Assembly: GCA_937887565.1 (NCBI GenBank)
Contig: CALABS010000012.1
Location: forward strand, 57,400 to 121,399
Length of the DNA: 64,000 bases
Origin: an uncultured Rhodospirillaceae bacterium
Lineage (GTDB): Bacteria > Pseudomonadota > Alphaproteobacteria > Rhodospirillales > Magnetospirillaceae
Reading direction: 5' to 3'
Both the position numbers and the translations under genes were made by a program. Every line of letters starts with the position of its first letter. Within the stretch, counting starts at the first letter, position 1. Shown piece after piece: positions 27,755 to 37,660 of the stretch. Below the pieces are notes generated by a model. It was not told where the DNA came from and made no database searches. It saw only the letters and a list, made by a program, of their open reading frames with translations.

Positions 27755-28349
27755 ACTGCGCGTCGGCGGGCTGGCCCGGCTGTCCACCTGCGACTGGCCG
27801 GGTGAGCTTGCCGCCACCATCTTCTGCCAGGGCTGCCCGTGGTCCTGCCCCTATTGCCACAACCCGCATCTGCTGCCCGTCCGTGGCGCGGACGAACTGG
27901 CCTGGGCCGACGTGCTGGCTTTCCTGGACGGCCGGCGTGGCTTGCTGGACGGGGTGGTGTTCTCGGGCGGCGAGGCCACCCTGCAGGCCGCCTTGCCCGA
28001 GGCGGTGCGCGAGGTGCGCGCGCTGGGCTTCCGCATCGGCCTGCACACCGCCGGACCATACCCGGACCGGCTGGGGGCGGTATTGCCGTGGGTTGATTGG
28101 GTGGGATTCGACGTCAAGGCGCCGTTCGCCGAGTACGACCGCGTCAGCGGCGTGCCCGGCAGCGGCGCCAAGGCGCTGGAAAGCCTGCGCGTCGTCATCG
28201 CCAGCGGGGTCACCGTCGAGACGAGGACCACCATCGATCCCGCATTCCTCGGCGACGATTCGGTGGCGCGGCTGCAGGCCGAGCTGGCGGCCATGGGGGC
28301 GCGCCCCTCCGTCCTGCAGGACTGTCGTCCGGTTCCACCCCGACCATGA
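27738..28349 (+). CDS. nrdG: Anaerobic ribonucleotide reductase activating protein (radical SAM)
   Basis: CQGCPWSCPYCHNP radical-SAM cluster (CX3CX2C) and GVVFSGGEATLQ. Start uncertain; GTG 27738 chosen, overlapping the end of the small ORF. The track ORF starts at 27603. Confidence 0.75.
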   Translation: MPSSAELRVGGLARLSTCDWPGELAATIFCQGCPWSCPYCHNPHLLPVRGADELAWADVLAFLDGRRGLLDGVVFSGGEATLQAALPEAVREVRALGFRIGLHTAGPYPDRLGAVLPWVDWVGFDVKAPFAEYDRVSGVPGSGAKALESLRVVIASGVTVETRTTIDPAFLGDDSVARLQAELAAMGARPSVLQDCRPVPPRP

Positions 28350-28419
28350 AGAGGATTCCGCAAGCCCGGCATCGGCTTGGCGGACCACGGGCGTGATTTC
28401 CGGCATGGGAGACCCGATA

Positions 28420-28600
28420 TCCACCCATTCGGGATCAGGGCGGATCTGGGCTACGGCGTCGTGCTCTACGCCAACGCCACCCTGTAAGGGGCGCGGTGGC
28501 CGGCATGCAGAAGGCGCTGAGCGTGCTGCGCGACGAGAAATCCAGCGGCCCCGTCACCCCTTCGCCGAGCGCCAGCGCCTGGTCGGCTAGCCCGCCCCAT
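28420..28600 (+). pseudogene. 3' remnant of an isocitrate-lyase/PEP-mutase superfamily gene (PrpB-like), disrupted
   Basis: Reads ...ADLGYGVVLYANATL*GAVAGMQKALSVLRDEKSSGP, then after a frame shift ...PFAERQRLVG. This resembles the C-terminal helices of methylisocitrate lyase-type enzymes. It has an in-frame stop and a frameshift, and no N-terminal part. Confidence 0.35.
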
Positions 28601-29040
28601 TCGAGGCGGCGGCGACGATGTCGAGCGCCGCCGATCGGCCGGGACGGGGCCGCCGCCGCAGGTGGCAGTCCATCACCCACCCCTTGCGCGCCCGCTGGGC
28701 GGCTAGCGCCGCATCAATGCGATCGGCGACCTCGGCCAGCGGGCCGGCGATCAGCACCTCGTCCGGCCCGCCGAGATCGGCGCCCCAGACGATTTCGACC
28801 GGGCCGGCGCCGATCCTGCGGCGGAAGGCCGAACGGGAATCGAGCATCACCACCACGTCGCCAAAATGTCCAGGTGCGGTCTGCTTGATCTGCTGCCCAG
28901 TTGCGACGGTGGGAGTCTACGGACAGGCGCCCCCGCAGTCATCCACCAAACGCCCTCGGCCGTGGACGGTGATGTGGGCACGGCCCAGCACCGCCTCGGC
29001 CTGCTTGCCGGTGATCTGCTCGACGGTGTGGCGGCTTCGG

Positions 29041-29440
29041 TCAAGCTTTGGGCGAAGCCCCCGACGGAACGCTGGCGCGCAGGGTCTTCGCGACGCTGAC
29101 CATGCTGGTCAGGGCCGGGATGACCTCGTTCCACTGGCGGGTCTTGAGGCCGCAATCCGGGTTGACCCGCAGGCGGTCGGCGGGAATGCGCTCGGCCGCC
29201 TTCTTCATCAGGATCAGGTCGACGATGTGGGCCTCGGTCGGAATATTCGGCGAATGGATGTCGTAGACGCCGGGACCGATCCGGTTGGGGGACTTGAAGT
29301 CGTCGAAGGCGTCGAGCAGCCCCATGTCCGACCGCGAGGTCTCGATGGTGATGACGTCGGCGTCCATGGCGGTGATCGACGCGATGATGTCGTTGAATTT
29401 CGAATAGCAGATGGGGGTGAAATAGGCCGTCGGCGCGCGG
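29041..29440 (-). pseudogene. metE: 3' remnant of cobalamin-independent methionine synthase
   Basis: [94 protein letters not shown] matches the last ~125 residues of MetE. The ~630 upstream residues are absent. Confidence 0.75.
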
Positions 29441-29610
29441 CTGGAAACCTATTACGACCGCCCATGGAAAAGCGGCGAGGACCGCAAGGGGCTGGATATC
29501 ACGGCCATCACGTTATCTCTCGGGTTACGCTGACAGTACGCCCAATGCCAAAATTCACGACCGCGCAACGCGCCGAATTTCAACGAGAGAAGGTTCGCCG
29601 CCAGCCCGTA

Positions 29611-29655
29611 CCACTCCACTCCACTCCACTCCACTCCACTCCACTCCACTCCACT
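29611..29655. repeat. Pentanucleotide microsatellite (CCACT)x9
   Basis: Nine perfect tandem CCACT units read directly from the sequence, in non-coding or degenerate DNA. Confidence 0.95.
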
Positions 29656-29743
29656 CCTCCCCTCGGCCGACACCGGGCCGACGGCGTGACCGCGCCTCCG
29701 TCCCGCGAGGGCCGGATCGCCATGCGCCGCCGCCGGAATGCGG

Positions 29744-29986
29744 CTAATGCACCTTCGCTCCGCCGCCGGCCATTTCCAGGGCGCCGGGGACGTGTTCCAG
29801 GACGGCGGGCGGCAGCGCCCTGAGCGCCTCGATGGCGCATTCGTCGTCGGCGTGGGTGGCCAGGTGGCGCATCAGGCGGCGGGCCTGGTTGATCTCGGCA
29901 TGAAGATCGCCGTGATAGGCGGCATGCTGGTGGGCATGGTGCTCGTGTTGCCGGAGGCGGATCTCGTTGGTCTGCTGCTTGGTCAT
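29744..29986 (-). CDS. Small His-rich hypothetical protein (80 aa)
   Basis: ATG at 29986 is preceded by [54 protein letters not shown]... is unusually rich in His. Confidence 0.5.
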   Translation of the reverse strand: MTKQQTNEIRLRQHEHHAHQHAAYHGDLHAEINQARRLMRHLATHADDECAIEALRALPPAVLEHVPGALEMAGGGAKVH

Positions 29987-30202
29987 GACAAGCCTCCATC
30001 CTCGGAGGGGATTCTTGCCATCATCGCGCCGGGGCGCGGGTTGGCGCCATCGCTCCGATCGCATGGCAACCGGCCGATTTTCGCACGTGCCGCCTGCATT
30101 CCCCTCACCCAAGGCGGGACCAGAATCCTGTTGCGCGCCTCGCGCTCCGATGGTGTCCTGGCAAGACAAGCAGGTTCGTTCCGGGGGCAGGGGGAGACAG
30201 CC

Positions 30203-31882
30203 ATGGCAAGGCATTCCGGTATCGCGACCAAGCTGATGTCCACGGCCGTGCTGGCGGCGACGGGATTCCTGATCCTGGCCGCCGTCGCCTTGGTGAACGT
30301 CCGCAACCAGATGATCGACGACCGCATCGCGGCGCTCCGCAACCAGGTGCAAACCGTCCACGACGTCATCAAGGCGGTGCGCGAGCGCTCCCAGGCCGGC
30401 GAGTTCGACGACGGCACCGCCCGCCTGATGGCCAAGGAGCAACTGCGCGGCGTGCGCTATGCCGGCACCGAGTACTACTTCGTCTACGACACCGCCGGCA
30501 CCAACATCCTATTGCCCCCGCGCCCGGAACGCGAGGGCACGGTGATGATGGACGCGGCCGACGCCAACGGCGTGCCGTTCATCCGCGAGATGATCGACAA
30601 GGCCAAGGCCGGCGGCGGGCACGTCTTCTACGACTTTCCCCGCCCGGGCTCCGACGTCCCCGAGCCCAAGGTCTCCTATGCCGTCCTGTTCGAACCCTGG
30701 GGCTGGATGATCGGCACCGGCGTCTACATCGACGACATCAACGCCGAATTTCGCGCCGACACCATCCGCTACGGGCTGATCGTGCTGGCGGTGACGGTGG
30801 CGGCGGTGGTCCTGGTGGTCGGCCTGTCGCGCAGCATCGGCGGCGGCATCGTCCGCCTCGCCGAGGTGACCGAGCGGCTGGCCGCCCACGACCTGGCGGT
30901 CGCGGTGCCGGGACAGGAACGCCGCGACGAGATCGGCCATTTGGCCAAGGCCATCACGGTCCTGCGCGACGGCGTCGCCGAGGCCGACCGGCTCAAGGCC
31001 GAGCAGGAGGAGACCAAGGCCCGCGCGGAGGCGGAACGCCGGACCGGGCTGATGCGGGTGGCCGACGATTTCGAAGGCAGCATCCAGCGCGCCGCCGGCA
31101 CCATCACCACCACCGCCGGCCAGCTGGACAGCGCCGCCGACATCGTCTCGCGGTCGGTGGAGGCCGCCAACGGCCGCGCCGCCTCGGTGGCGGCGGCGGC
31201 CGAGCAGGCCTCGGCCAACGTGGCCACCGTGGCCACCGCCGCCGAGGAGCTGTCCTCCTCGATCCACGAGATCAGCCGCCAGGTCCAGCAGTCCTCGACC
31301 ATCTCGTCCGACGCGGCGCAGGAAGCCGAGCACACCAACGACCTGGTGCAGGGCCTGGCCGATTCCGCCAGCCGCATCGGCGAGGTGGTGAAGATGATCA
31401 ACGACATCGCCTCGCAGACCAACCTCTTGGCGCTCAACGCCACCATCGAGGCGGCGCGGGCCGGCGACGCCGGCAAGGGCTTCGCCGTGGTCGCCGGCGA
31501 GGTCAAGAGCCTGGCCAACCAGACCGCCAAGGCCACCGACGAGATCGCCAGCCAGATCGGCGCCGTGCAGACCGCCACCCAGGAGGCGGTGGGCGCCATC
31601 AAGGCGATCGTCGGGACCATCCAGCGGATCAACGAGATCGCCGGCGGCATCGCGGCGGCGGTCGAGCAGCAGGGCGCCGCCACCCAAGAGATCGCCCGCA
31701 ACGTCACCCAGGCGGCGGCGGGCACCGCCGAGGTCACCGCCAACCTGAACCAGCTGACCATGGCCACCGCCGAGGCCGGCACCGCCGCCACCGGCATGCT
31801 GACGGCCACCCGGATGCTGTCGGACGAGGCCGCCGCCCTGACCCGCGAGGCGGAGGCGTTCCTGGTCCGCATGCGCGCCTGA
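30203..31882 (+). CDS. Methyl-accepting chemotaxis protein with periplasmic single-Cache sensor
   Basis: TM1 ([17 protein letters not shown]); Cache-like [22 protein letters not shown]...[14 protein letters not shown]; TM2; HAMP; signalling domain [44 protein letters not shown]. Start at ATG 30203. Confidence 0.85.
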   Translation: MARHSGIATKLMSTAVLAATGFLILAAVALVNVRNQMIDDRIAALRNQVQTVHDVIKAVRERSQAGEFDDGTARLMAKEQLRGVRYAGTEYYFVYDTAGTNILLPPRPEREGTVMMDAADANGVPFIREMIDKAKAGGGHVFYDFPRPGSDVPEPKVSYAVLFEPWGWMIGTGVYIDDINAEFRADTIRYGLIVLAVTVAAVVLVVGLSRSIGGGIVRLAEVTERLAAHDLAVAVPGQERRDEIGHLAKAITVLRDGVAEADRLKAEQEETKARAEAERRTGLMRVADDFEGSIQRAAGTITTTAGQLDSAADIVSRSVEAANGRAASVAAAAEQASANVATVATAAEELSSSIHEISRQVQQSSTISSDAAQEAEHTNDLVQGLADSASRIGEVVKMINDIASQTNLLALNATIEAARAGDAGKGFAVVAGEVKSLANQTAKATDEIASQIGAVQTATQEAVGAIKAIVGTIQRINEIAGGIAAAVEQQGAATQEIARNVTQAAAGTAEVTANLNQLTMATAEAGTAATGMLTATRMLSDEAAALTREAEAFLVRMRA

Positions 31883-32113
31883 AGCGGCCCGCCGGGTGAC
31901 GCAAACGGCGATATCCAGGGGCTTCCCGTTGCGGCGCGGCATGGCGCCGTGATAAGATTTGTCCCTGGTCGGCAGTTCACCAAGGCGTCGCCGCCCCGCG
32001 AGGGGTGCTAAACCTGCCACTCCTCCTCTCGACCGACACCTTATCCCGTGCCGAGTCGGAAGACGGCGACCACCGACATTCCTTTCCGGGACGGCACATC
32101 GTGAGGATAAGCG

Positions 32114-32677
32114 ATGTCCAGATCAGCCTTGCCATTCGTCGCCGACGACGTGTCGGCCCTCGCCCGATCCCTGAGGGAGCAGTTGGGGCGGAACGACGGG
32201 ACGCCCGGCCACGTCGAACTCCTGAACATGCTGGCCCGCTCGGTCGGGTTCCGCAATTTCCAGCATTTCCGCGCCCAGCGGCCCGAGGCGGCGGCGGCCG
32301 CCGCCCCACCCGTGGCGACGCCGGCGTCGCCCCCGGAGGCCGTCGATCCGGCGCGGGTGATGCGCATGCTGCGCTATTTCGACGCCGAGATGCGGCTCTT
32401 GCGCTGGCCGCCCAAGCTCAGCCACCGGCGGGCCTGCCTGTGGGTGGTGTGGTCGCAGCTGCCGCGTCGCACCGTGTTCACCGAAAAGACGATCAGCGAG
32501 CGCCTGCGGGAACTGCACGCCTTCGGCGACCACGCCCTGTTGCGGCGGTGGCTGTGCGACTACGGCATGGTCACGCGGACGGTCGACGGCAGCCGGTACC
32601 GGCGGATCGAGACCCGGCCGCCGGCCGAGGCGCGGATGTTGATCCGCCTCCTGCACGGACGGGCCGGGACGGGGTGA
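32114..32677 (+). CDS. Hypothetical protein (DUF2087-like C-terminal domain suspected)
   Basis: 187 aa. C-terminal RLLRWPPKLSHRRACLWVVWSQLP...FTEKTISERL...DHALLRRWLCDYGMVTR resembles DUF2087 proteins. GAGGA SD. Confidence 0.5.
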   Translation: MSRSALPFVADDVSALARSLREQLGRNDGTPGHVELLNMLARSVGFRNFQHFRAQRPEAAAAAAPPVATPASPPEAVDPARVMRMLRYFDAEMRLLRWPPKLSHRRACLWVVWSQLPRRTVFTEKTISERLRELHAFGDHALLRRWLCDYGMVTRTVDGSRYRRIETRPPAEARMLIRLLHGRAGTG

Positions 32678-32684
32678 GCCCCGG

Positions 32685-33119
32685 CTACTCGCAGACCGCC
32701 GCGCCGCCTTCGGCGCGGCAGGTCTGGCGGGTGCGGATCGACAGGCGCAGGCCGTTGTCGTAGCTGCAGGTCACCCGGGTCATGGTGCCGGCGCGGTCGA
32801 CCGTCACGCCGGCGGCCTTCGATGCCTTGACCGTCGCGGCCGGCAGCGAGCAGCTGAGATAGCCCTGGAACTCGCCCGCCTCCCACAGCGCCACGTCCTT
32901 GAGCGCCTTGTAGTTCTCGAGGCTGACGCAGGTGTCGCCGTCCTTGTCGTACATGCGGGCGTTGTCGCTGCAATAGCCGGTATAGCCCCATTTCAGTTCC
33001 TGCTCGGTCGGACACGAGCCGACCTGGGCGGCCGACGACAGATCGGGGCAGGCGATGGTCTCGGCGGCGGCCGGGGCGGCGACGGCGGCGAGCAGGGCGG
33101 CAAGCAGGGCTCTGGTCAT
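32685..33119 (-). CDS. Secreted Cys-rich protein (8 Cys)
   Basis: Signal peptide MTRALLAALLAAVAAPAAA|E, with eight cysteines in the mature part. Confidence 0.5.
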   Translation of the reverse strand: MTRALLAALLAAVAAPAAAETIACPDLSSAAQVGSCPTEQELKWGYTGYCSDNARMYDKDGDTCVSLENYKALKDVALWEAGEFQGYLSCSLPAATVKASKAAGVTVDRAGTMTRVTCSYDNGLRLSIRTRQTCRAEGGAAVCE

Positions 33120-33236
33120 GGGGCTCCCCCCGAAGGATAAGGAACCGGCAGCCTAGGCCGCCCAGCCACGCCGCGACCTGACAACGGTCAAGCTTCCGGT
33201 TAGAATGGCCGCAAAATCAAACCCCGGGAGGACGCC

Positions 33237-34103
33237 ATGGACGACCAATTGAGGAGCCTTCTCGCCCAAACCCCGCTGTCGCGCCGGGCCTTCGTCGGCA
33301 CCGCCCTGGCCGCCACCGGCTTCGCGGTCGCCGCCGGCCCGGCCCAGGCCTCGGCCATCGCCACCGACAGCGACGGGCTGAGCGCCGGTCCGGTGACGAT
33401 TCCCGCCCGCGACCGCGAGATCCCGGCCTATGCCGCGCGACCGGCCGCCGCCGGGCCGGCGCCGGTGGTGCTGGTGGTCCAGGAGATCTTCGGCGTCCAC
33501 GAATACATCCAGGACATCTGCCGCCGGCTTGCCAAGCGGGGCTATCTGGCCGTCGCCCCCGAACTCTATGTGCGCCAGGGCGACCCGTCGGCGGTGGCGG
33601 ACATCCCCACCCTGCTCAAGACCATCGTCGCCAAGGTCCCCGACGAGCAGGTGATGGCCGACCTGGACGCCGCCGCCGCCTGGGCGGCCAAGAGCGCCGG
33701 CGGCGACCCGGCCCGACTGGGCATCACCGGTTTCTGCTGGGGCGGGCGCATCGCCTGGCTGTACGCGGCCCACGCTCCCGCCCTCAAGGCCGCCGTGGCG
33801 TGGTACGGCCGACTGGAGGGCGAGGCCTCGGCGACCACGCCGCGCCACCCCATCGCCGTCGCCGGCAGCCTCAAGGCGCCGGTGCTCGGGCTCTATGGCG
33901 GCGCCGACCAGGGCATTCCGCCCGAGAGCGTCGAGCGCATGCGGGCCGCCCTCAAGACGGCGCCGGTCGCGACCGAGATCGTGGTCTACGAGGGTGCCCC
34001 CCACGCCTTCCACGCCGATTACCGCCCCAGCTACCGCGAGGAACCGGCCAAGGACGGCTGGGCCCGCATGCTGGCCTGGTTCGACAAGCACGGAGTGAAG
34101 TGA
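33237..34103 (+). CDS. Dienelactone hydrolase family protein, Tat-exported
   Basis: Twin-arginine signal [60 protein letters not shown] and GITGFCWGG are typical DLH motifs. Confidence 0.8.
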   Translation: MDDQLRSLLAQTPLSRRAFVGTALAATGFAVAAGPAQASAIATDSDGLSAGPVTIPARDREIPAYAARPAAAGPAPVVLVVQEIFGVHEYIQDICRRLAKRGYLAVAPELYVRQGDPSAVADIPTLLKTIVAKVPDEQVMADLDAAAAWAAKSAGGDPARLGITGFCWGGRIAWLYAAHAPALKAAVAWYGRLEGEASATTPRHPIAVAGSLKAPVLGLYGGADQGIPPESVERMRAALKTAPVATEIVVYEGAPHAFHADYRPSYREEPAKDGWARMLAWFDKHGVK

Positions 34104-34105
34104 CC

Positions 34106-34489
34106 ATGGGCTGCGGTTGCCATCCCGACATCCGCGGCCTGCTGGACGCGGCGCTGTTCGACATCGACCAGTTGAAGCGGGCCATCGCCGGGCTGGCGGA
34201 CGTCGCCGCCATCGAGATCATCGACGACCAGACGCCGCTGCCCTTCAAGTCCGACGTCGAGAAAGCCATCGCCGCCGGCCGCCTGGTCCGGGTCGACAGC
34301 CCCGGGCCGGGCAGCGTGGCGGTCTATCTGGACGAGGACCGCCGGATCATCCATATCGGCCTGATCGGCGAGGGCGACCGCGTCACCTCGCGCTGGGCCG
34401 GCGGGCTGGTCTGCCGCCACGGCCTGTTCGACCTGCCCCGCAGCCACGGCGAGATGGCCCAGTTCTACGCGCCCGCCGGGCCTAGCTGA
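34106..34489 (+). CDS. Hypothetical protein (127 aa)
   Basis: ATG lies 3 nt after the previous stop. Coding-like composition, no motif recognised. Confidence 0.4.
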   Translation: MGCGCHPDIRGLLDAALFDIDQLKRAIAGLADVAAIEIIDDQTPLPFKSDVEKAIAAGRLVRVDSPGPGSVAVYLDEDRRIIHIGLIGEGDRVTSRWAGGLVCRHGLFDLPRSHGEMAQFYAPAGPS

Positions 34490-35855
34490 CAACAAGCCCG
34501 AGCCGTTCGCGCCACGCCCAGCGCGACACCATCAGGGCGGCCACCACGCCGAGGCCGACCGCCAGGCCGATCCAGATGCCCAGACCGTCCAGGCCGCCGG
34601 CGAAGGCCAGGGCGGCCCCCAGGGGAATGGCGATCCCCCAGTAGCCGAGCCCGGCGAACAGCATCGGCACCCGGGTGTCCTTGAGCCCGCGCAGGGCGCC
34701 CGCCCCCACCGTCTGGGCGCCGTCGGCGACCTGGAAGACGCCGGCCACGGCCAGGAAGGCCACCGCCTGCGCCGCCACCGCCGGAACGTCGGCGCGGTCG
34801 AGGTCGAGGAACAGCCCGACGATGGGCAGCGGCAAACCCACCAGCACCACCGCCATGGCCGCCATGAAGCCGACGCCCAGGACCAGCGCCACCCAGCCGG
34901 CGCGACGGATGCCGTCGCGGTCGGCCGCCCCGGCGGCCAGCCCGACCCGCACCGTCGCCGCCTGGCCGATGCCCAGCGGCACCATGAAGGTGGCCGAGGC
35001 CACCTGCAGGGCGATGGCATGGGCGGCGAGCGCGGCGGCGCCGATCACGCCCATCAGGAAGGCGGCGGCGTTGAAGCCGGTGACCTCGAACCCCAATGCC
35101 AGCCCGAGCGGAACGCCGATGCGCAGCAACTCGCGCATCTTGGGCCAATCGGATCGCCAGAAATGACCGAGCAGGTGGAAGCGGCGGAAGCGGCGGTCCC
35201 ACAGGATGAAGCCCAGCAGGACCGCAAACATGAACAGGTTGGACAGCGACGAGGCCACGCCCGCCCCCACCACGCCCAGGGCCGGCGCCCCCCAGTTGCC
35301 GAACATCAGCAGCCAGTTGACGAAGGCGTTGACCGCCACGGCGGCCAGCGTCACCACCAGGCCGGCCTTGGGCCGTTCCAGCGCCGCGATGAAGGAGCGC
35401 AGCACCACCACCCCCAGCCCCGGCAAAAGCCCCCATTGCACCGTCCGCACGTAGTCGGCGGCGAGGCCGGACAGGGCGGGGTCCTGCCCCAGCAGCGCCA
35501 GCAGGGCGGGGGCCTGCCACAGCACCGCCCACACGGGAAGGCTGAACAGGACGCAAAGCCACAGCCCCTGGCGCACGATCCGGCGGCATTCGCGCACCGA
35601 GTGGCGGCGCCGGCCCAGGGTCTGGGCCAGCATGGGGGCGGTGGCCATGACCAGGCCGATGCCCAGGATGAAGAAGGCGAAGAAGAGGTTGGCGCCCAGG
35701 CTCCCCGCCGCCAGGTCGGCCGGCCCCAGCCACCCCATCATCAGGGTGTCGGTTGTGCCGATGGCGATCTGGGCGAGATTGGTCAGCACGATCGGCCATG
35801 CCAGGGCGGCGGTGGCGCGCAGCTCGGCGGACCAGGAGGATGGCGAAAGCGTCAT
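34482..35855 (-). CDS. MATE family multidrug efflux transporter
   Basis: 457 aa with about 12 hydrophobic segments. The N-terminal ELRATAALAWPIVLTNLAQIAIGTTDTLMMGWLG pattern is typical of NorM/DinF-type MATE proteins. Confidence 0.8.
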   Translation of the reverse strand: MTLSPSSWSAELRATAALAWPIVLTNLAQIAIGTTDTLMMGWLGPADLAAGSLGANLFFAFFILGIGLVMATAPMLAQTLGRRRHSVRECRRIVRQGLWLCVLFSLPVWAVLWQAPALLALLGQDPALSGLAADYVRTVQWGLLPGLGVVVLRSFIAALERPKAGLVVTLAAVAVNAFVNWLLMFGNWGAPALGVVGAGVASSLSNLFMFAVLLGFILWDRRFRRFHLLGHFWRSDWPKMRELLRIGVPLGLALGFEVTGFNAAAFLMGVIGAAALAAHAIALQVASATFMVPLGIGQAATVRVGLAAGAADRDGIRRAGWVALVLGVGFMAAMAVVLVGLPLPIVGLFLDLDRADVPAVAAQAVAFLAVAGVFQVADGAQTVGAGALRGLKDTRVPMLFAGLGYWGIAIPLGAALAFAGGLDGLGIWIGLAVGLGVVAALMVSRWAWRERLGLVVS

Positions 35856-35902
35856 GGGGCGAGGTTATAGCAGCCCCGCCCCGCGACGTCGCGCCCCGGC
35901 CG

Positions 35903-36415
35903 CTATTGGTGATAGAACCCGGCGCCGACCACGTAGTCGCCGACCTTGACCACATAGGAGGTCTTGTTCTGGCTCTTGCCGGTGGCGGGGTTCTTCCACA
36001 GATAGTCCACCAGCGCCTCGCCGTCGCGGCGAGCCTTCTTGACGATTTCGCGCACCACGTACAACTGGCCGGTGGCGTCCTTCATGTCCCAGGCGTTGGA
36101 GCCGGTGCGCTCGGGGCGGAAGCCGGTGGCCTTGTAGACGCCCTTCATGTCGAAGACGAAGATGTAGAGATCGTCCTCGATCCATTTGCCCGACGGATCA
36201 TTGAAGTCGGCGAAGGCCTTTTCCGGCCCCACCTTCTTCATATGGGCGACGGCCCGATCGACGAACTTCTTGGTCTGCTCATAGGTGGCGGCGGGCGCCG
36301 GCTTCGCCGGGGGGGCCGGATCGGCCGCCACGACCGGCCCCGTCAGCACCAGCGCCCCCAGCAGGGCAGCGAGAAAAGTCTTCGGCCACATCGTATCCCC
36401 CTTCCGCATATGCAT
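35903..36415 (-). CDS. Periplasmic Cache-domain protein
   Basis: Signal peptide. DDLYIFVFDMKGVYKATG...VDYLWKNPATGKSQNKTSYVVKVGDYVVGAGFY is typical of single-Cache (sCache_2) modules. Start uncertain (36415 or 36391). Confidence 0.6.
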   Translation of the reverse strand: MHMRKGDTMWPKTFLAALLGALVLTGPVVAADPAPPAKPAPAATYEQTKKFVDRAVAHMKKVGPEKAFADFNDPSGKWIEDDLYIFVFDMKGVYKATGFRPERTGSNAWDMKDATGQLYVVREIVKKARRDGEALVDYLWKNPATGKSQNKTSYVVKVGDYVVGAGFYHQ

Positions 36416-36460
36416 GGGTTGTTTCTAATATAACCGCCCCCGATTTGGAAGGTCCGCCGC

Positions 36461-37657
36461 GTGCAGCCGTTTCCCGCCTTCACCCTTTCCCCCCTGCCCC
36501 GCATCCTGTTCGGCGCCGGCCGCCTGGCGGACCTGCCGGCCGAGACGGCGCGGCTGGGCCGCCGCGCGCTGCTGGTCACCGGCGCCCGCTCGTTGCGGGA
36601 CGGGCCGCGCTGGCGGCCGCTGATGGACGGATTCGCGGCCGCCGGCGTGACGGTGGCGACCATGGCGGTGGCCGGCGAGCCCACCCCCGAGCTGGTGGAC
36701 GGCGCCGTCGCCGAGTTCGCGGGCACGGGACTCGAGGTGGTGGTGGCGGTCGGCGGCGGCAGCGCGCTGGACGCCGCCAAGGCGATCGCCGGCCTGCTGC
36801 CCACCGGCGCCTCGGTGATGGACCACCTGGAATATGTGGGACGCGGGATACCCTATGCCGGCCCGGCGCTGCCGCTGGTGGCGGTGCCCACCACCGCCGG
36901 CACCGGTGCCGAGGCGACCAGGAACGCGGTGATCTCGCGGACCGGCCCCGACGGCTTCAAGCGCAGCTTCCGCGACGACCGGCTGATGCCGGCCGTGGCC
37001 GTGGTCGATCCCGGGCTGCTGGAGGGCTGCCCGCGCGAGGTGATGGCCGCCAACGGCATGGACGCCTTCACCCAATTGCTGGAGGCCTATGTCTCGACCC
37101 GCGCCAACCCGCTGACCGACGCCCTGGCGTGGTCGGGCCTGGAGGCGTTCCGCGACGGCTTCTTCGCCGCGCTGGAGGGAGGCGGCGACGAGGCCGCCAA
37201 CGGCCGCGCGCGGCTGGCCTACGCGGCGCTGGCCTCGGGCATCTGCCTGGCTCAGACCGGCCTGGGCGCGGTGCACGGAATGGCCTCGCCGCTGGGCGCG
37301 TATTTCCCCATCCCCCATGGCGTGGTGTGCGGCACCCTGGTGGCCGAGACCACCCACGCCAACATCGAGGCGCTGCTGGACCGCGACCCGTTCGGCCCGG
37401 CGCTTCCCAAATACGGCAAGGTCGGCGGCATGTTGTCGGGCCACGCCCGCGTCTGCGGCGGCGACGGGCTGATCATGCTGACCGACGTGCTGGATGCCTG
37501 GACCGAGCGGCTGGCCCTGCCGCGCCTGGGCGCGTTCGGCGTCACCGCCGCCGATGTCCCGCGCATCGTCGCCGCCTCGGGCGGCAACAGCATGAAGACC
37601 AATCCCGTCGTGCTGGAACCGGCGGAGATCGCCGCCATCGTGACGAGGCGATTGTAA
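36461..37657 (+). CDS. Iron-containing (group III) alcohol dehydrogenase
   Basis: 398 aa with GGGSALDAAKAIA, VAVPTTAGTGAEATRNAVI and the His cluster GAVHGMASPLG...PHGVVCG. Confidence 0.8.
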   Translation: MQPFPAFTLSPLPRILFGAGRLADLPAETARLGRRALLVTGARSLRDGPRWRPLMDGFAAAGVTVATMAVAGEPTPELVDGAVAEFAGTGLEVVVAVGGGSALDAAKAIAGLLPTGASVMDHLEYVGRGIPYAGPALPLVAVPTTAGTGAEATRNAVISRTGPDGFKRSFRDDRLMPAVAVVDPGLLEGCPREVMAANGMDAFTQLLEAYVSTRANPLTDALAWSGLEAFRDGFFAALEGGGDEAANGRARLAYAALASGICLAQTGLGAVHGMASPLGAYFPIPHGVVCGTLVAETTHANIEALLDRDPFGPALPKYGKVGGMLSGHARVCGGDGLIMLTDVLDAWTERLALPRLGAFGVTAADVPRIVAASGGNSMKTNPVVLEPAEIAAIVTRRL

Positions 37658-37660
37658 GGC

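Noticed and set aside
29611-29655. Possibility that the tandem repeat is a CRISPR array or other spaced repeat
   Set aside because: The units are 5 bp, directly adjacent and without spacers. This is a simple microsatellite, not a CRISPR array. No CRISPR-like repeat-spacer structure was seen anywhere in the window.
28618-29823. 401-aa + strand ORF (and the minus ORF 29452-29673) crossing the CCACT repeat, translating as HSTPLHSTPL / GVEWSGVEW
   Set aside because: It spans the metE remnant in antisense and has no SD, motif or coding-like composition. The repeat translation is a by-product of the microsatellite. Treated as non-coding.
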